Of a stretch of 64,000 nt of DNA, positions 61,581 through 64,000 are shown piece after piece. Source of the DNA: Bispira polyomma. Lineage: Eukaryota. Every line of letters begins with the position of its first letter. The stretch's first letter is position 1. The position numbers and the translations under genes are program-made. The notes under the pieces are model-generated. The model worked only from the letters and a program-made list of their open reading frames with translations, searched no databases and had not been told where the DNA came from. The DNA lies in the NCBI GenBank assembly GCA_965649765.1, contig OZ287749.1, positions 23,188,001-23,252,000 of the forward strand, given 5' to 3'.

Positions 61581-64000
61581 TTATAAATAAGTATCTAATG
61601 TAAAAAAGTTAAGAGGAATGTCATGCATGGTGAAGTTGTGAGTGATGGTTGACCTTATGTGTTCACCACCCGTGTTGAGTTCATACCATCTCGAAAGTGC
61701 GTCAGCAATGATATTTTCTTTACCTGGGATGTGACTAATGAGAAGGTCAATGTTTTCTGCTGCACAAATTTGCCAAATATTCCTTAAACATAGTCCTAAG
61801 TAAGTGTCCTTGGTTTTTGATGACTGCACTACAGCCACCACGGCCATGTTATCTGACTGTACCTTAACTTTTTTGTTTTTCCATCTGTGACCCCATAGTT
61901 TGAGAGCAATTAAAATGCTCACCATTTCAAAATGTACGATTGATAAAGTATGAGACATGAAGAGAGGAAGGGGAGTTTTAAACACGTTTCTGTTCCATAT
62001 ACCTCCAATGCCAGATAAACAAGCGTCAACTTGTAGTAGAGCATCGTGTGGCTTGTTTATGTAGTTATAAGTAGTAGTACCGTTAAACTGTAAAAGAAAT
62101 CTTACAAACCAAGCAAGGTCTTGGTGGAAATCCATATTCAAGATGACTGTGTTACTGCTAGTGGATTGTCGTAGTAATGTTAGCATCCGATTCATGAATA
62201 TACGAGAAGGTTTAATACACCGGTGAATGTAAAGGAGTTTTCCTAGTAGTGACTGGTATTTTTGTTTACGTACTTTATTTAGGTATTTAAACTCGAGACA
62301 GGTATCATAAATGGAAATCAGTTTATCCTCGTCAATACTGAGAGTTTCGTTGGTGATATTAATGGTAATGCCCATACAAGTGACACGTTTACTGGGGGGG
62401 ACTAGCTTTTTTGCGTTTATGGGGAGGCCTAGATCTGTGAGAATTTGTTGCAAAGTATTGTAAGCTAAGGTAGCCCTATCTTCAGATTCTAGGAGTATGA
62501 AGTCATCGATTTAGTTGTATACTGTGAAGCCTTTAAGTTTCATAATATAAGTCACGCAATCTGAGGCCATCATAAAGACTGCTGTGCCATGAGTTAGGCC
62601 AAAAGTCAAGGTTAAATCTATATAATAATTATTTTTCCAAAAATATCCAAGTTTAAGGCAATCATAAGGGTCAATTCTGATATTTCGAAATGCGTGGGAA
62701 ATGTCCACTTTTGCTAAGGTGGCCTTAGGTCCAATAGTCAAGATTTGAGAAGTTATTTGATCAATAGATGGAAGTTTTAGGTTGAAGTCTATGTGGTCAT
62801 ACTTTGTTTTTACAGTACACGGATTGGCCTGTAGGGTGAGATAAATCTAAGACTAACCTACGTTGGTCAACGTCCTTGGGAACTGTCAATAAGGGAGAAC
62901 AGTGTAAATCTGGGTGTAAGTTATCATTAATGGGGCCAATTATGGTACCTCTGTTGACCTCAGTAATGAAATATTTGTCTATTGCCTGAGGAAAAGCTTT
63001 GGCTGAGTAATGATTTTTGACATTTGTGACGTGTAGTCGGTCCCTGTCGTATAAGGAAATGGGGAATCCGAATTCTACGTACTGTAAAATGATTTTGTCT
63101 GGGTAGTCAACCAAATACACTTTCCATTTAGCTACGTTAAGGTTGCTCTTAAGTGGTATACGTGCTGATTTATAGTTGGGGACCTTAGTGGTTTTAATGA
63201 TTTAACTTCTACCAGTTTGCCGTACGAGTCAATGTTGACCTCTTGTCTAACAGGACCCATAAAGGTAAAGTTGTTATATCTGTGTGGGGTGTAACCAAAA
63301 GGTTTGTGTGTGTTGGCTAAAGTGTCCCCTTGTGTGTTGTTGTTGTTGGGAAGTACATGTGAACATTGTTGTGAAACTGCCTGAGTCATAACGACCTCAT
63401 GATGTGTACAGTGTGTGTGTGTGACAGTAGTGTGAGGGTTGTGAGTGTGCAAGTTGTGTGATGGCATTTCAAGTTCTACAGTAATTGTTTTTGCTTGTGT
63501 GAGTGTCTGTTCATCACGTCTACATAAGCTGTCAATGATGTCATTGTAATACAAAGTGCTACCTAATTTAGTACGTGTGTGTGAGAGTTGTTTGTCTAAT
63601 CTCGGTTTTGTGAGTCTCTTTACTTGGGGGAAATTCCTGCCTAATTCTGAGATGTGCATAGAGCTAGAGTAAGTTATGGGCCAAATGTGTTCTAATGACC
63701 AATCAGATAGTTGGAATGTCCAACTATCTTGTACAAAGTTGTACACATAAACGCCCGACAGAGATGTATCTTGGCGACATACTAGGTAACAAAGGTTTAA
63801 CGTATTACAGCCATGTTGACTGTTACTGAGATATATATCACAAAGTTTAGAGTCACAATGTAAACTGTTATCAGCTCTATATGTGACAACATTGTCTATA
63901 GTGCCTGGGTAGGCGGTTAAACTTGCATTAGCATTTTTAACTTGACAGTTGTCAACACTTGAAATAATAGAATTATTACAGTCTGATGAAGTCTGTGACC
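61581..64000 (-). pseudogene. E4 pol (RT/RNase H), with frameshifts and a stop in the YIDD motif (YN*IDD)
   Basis: ORF pieces 63132..63746, 62797..63120, 62511..62741 and 61581..62453 are homologous to E1 and E3 pol. Confidence 0.9.

Larger units (their letters stand above)
59610..64000 (-). mobile_element. E4: Ngaro-like element, 3' part (pol-YR-B1-A2-spacer-B2); 5' end outside the window
   Basis: B2 59610..59786 matches B1 60413..60587; A2 ~60200..60412 is similar to E1 A; RT/RNase H and YR ORFs present. Confidence 0.92.

Overview
AT-rich metazoan genomic DNA; an invertebrate such as a mollusc is inferred from the repeat content. The only clear host gene is an intronless class A GPCR (4584..5936, +). 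The rest is repeat-rich: tRNA-derived SINEs, MITEs, satellites and two old local duplications. It also holds a cluster of five Ngaro-like tyrosine-recombinase (YR) retrotransposons (gag, RT/RNase H, YR; no methyltransferase seen) plus a remnant. E1 (21461..27902, -) is complete, with layout A1-ORFs-B1-A2-spacer-B2. E2 (30844..31859) is a solo A-spacer-B unit. E3 (46149..52049, -) is A-ORFs-B and is nested in the YR of E5 (~42335..~52750, +). E4 (59610..>64000, -) runs off the window. Comparing the copies by eye shows shared features that ORF calls miss: (1) a covarying multi-stem RNA with a candidate pseudoknot in the A2-B2 spacer, lying between a copy of the promoter and a poly(A) signal; (2) a segment of repeat B complementary to, and co-varying with, the YR 3' end; (3) conserved phase-1 splice sites predicting a Gag-YR fusion; (4) recoding signals at the gag/pol boundary; (5) a hairpin next to the recombination junction, with precise TSD-free insertions. 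All alignments and folds were done by eye and all functions are hypotheses.
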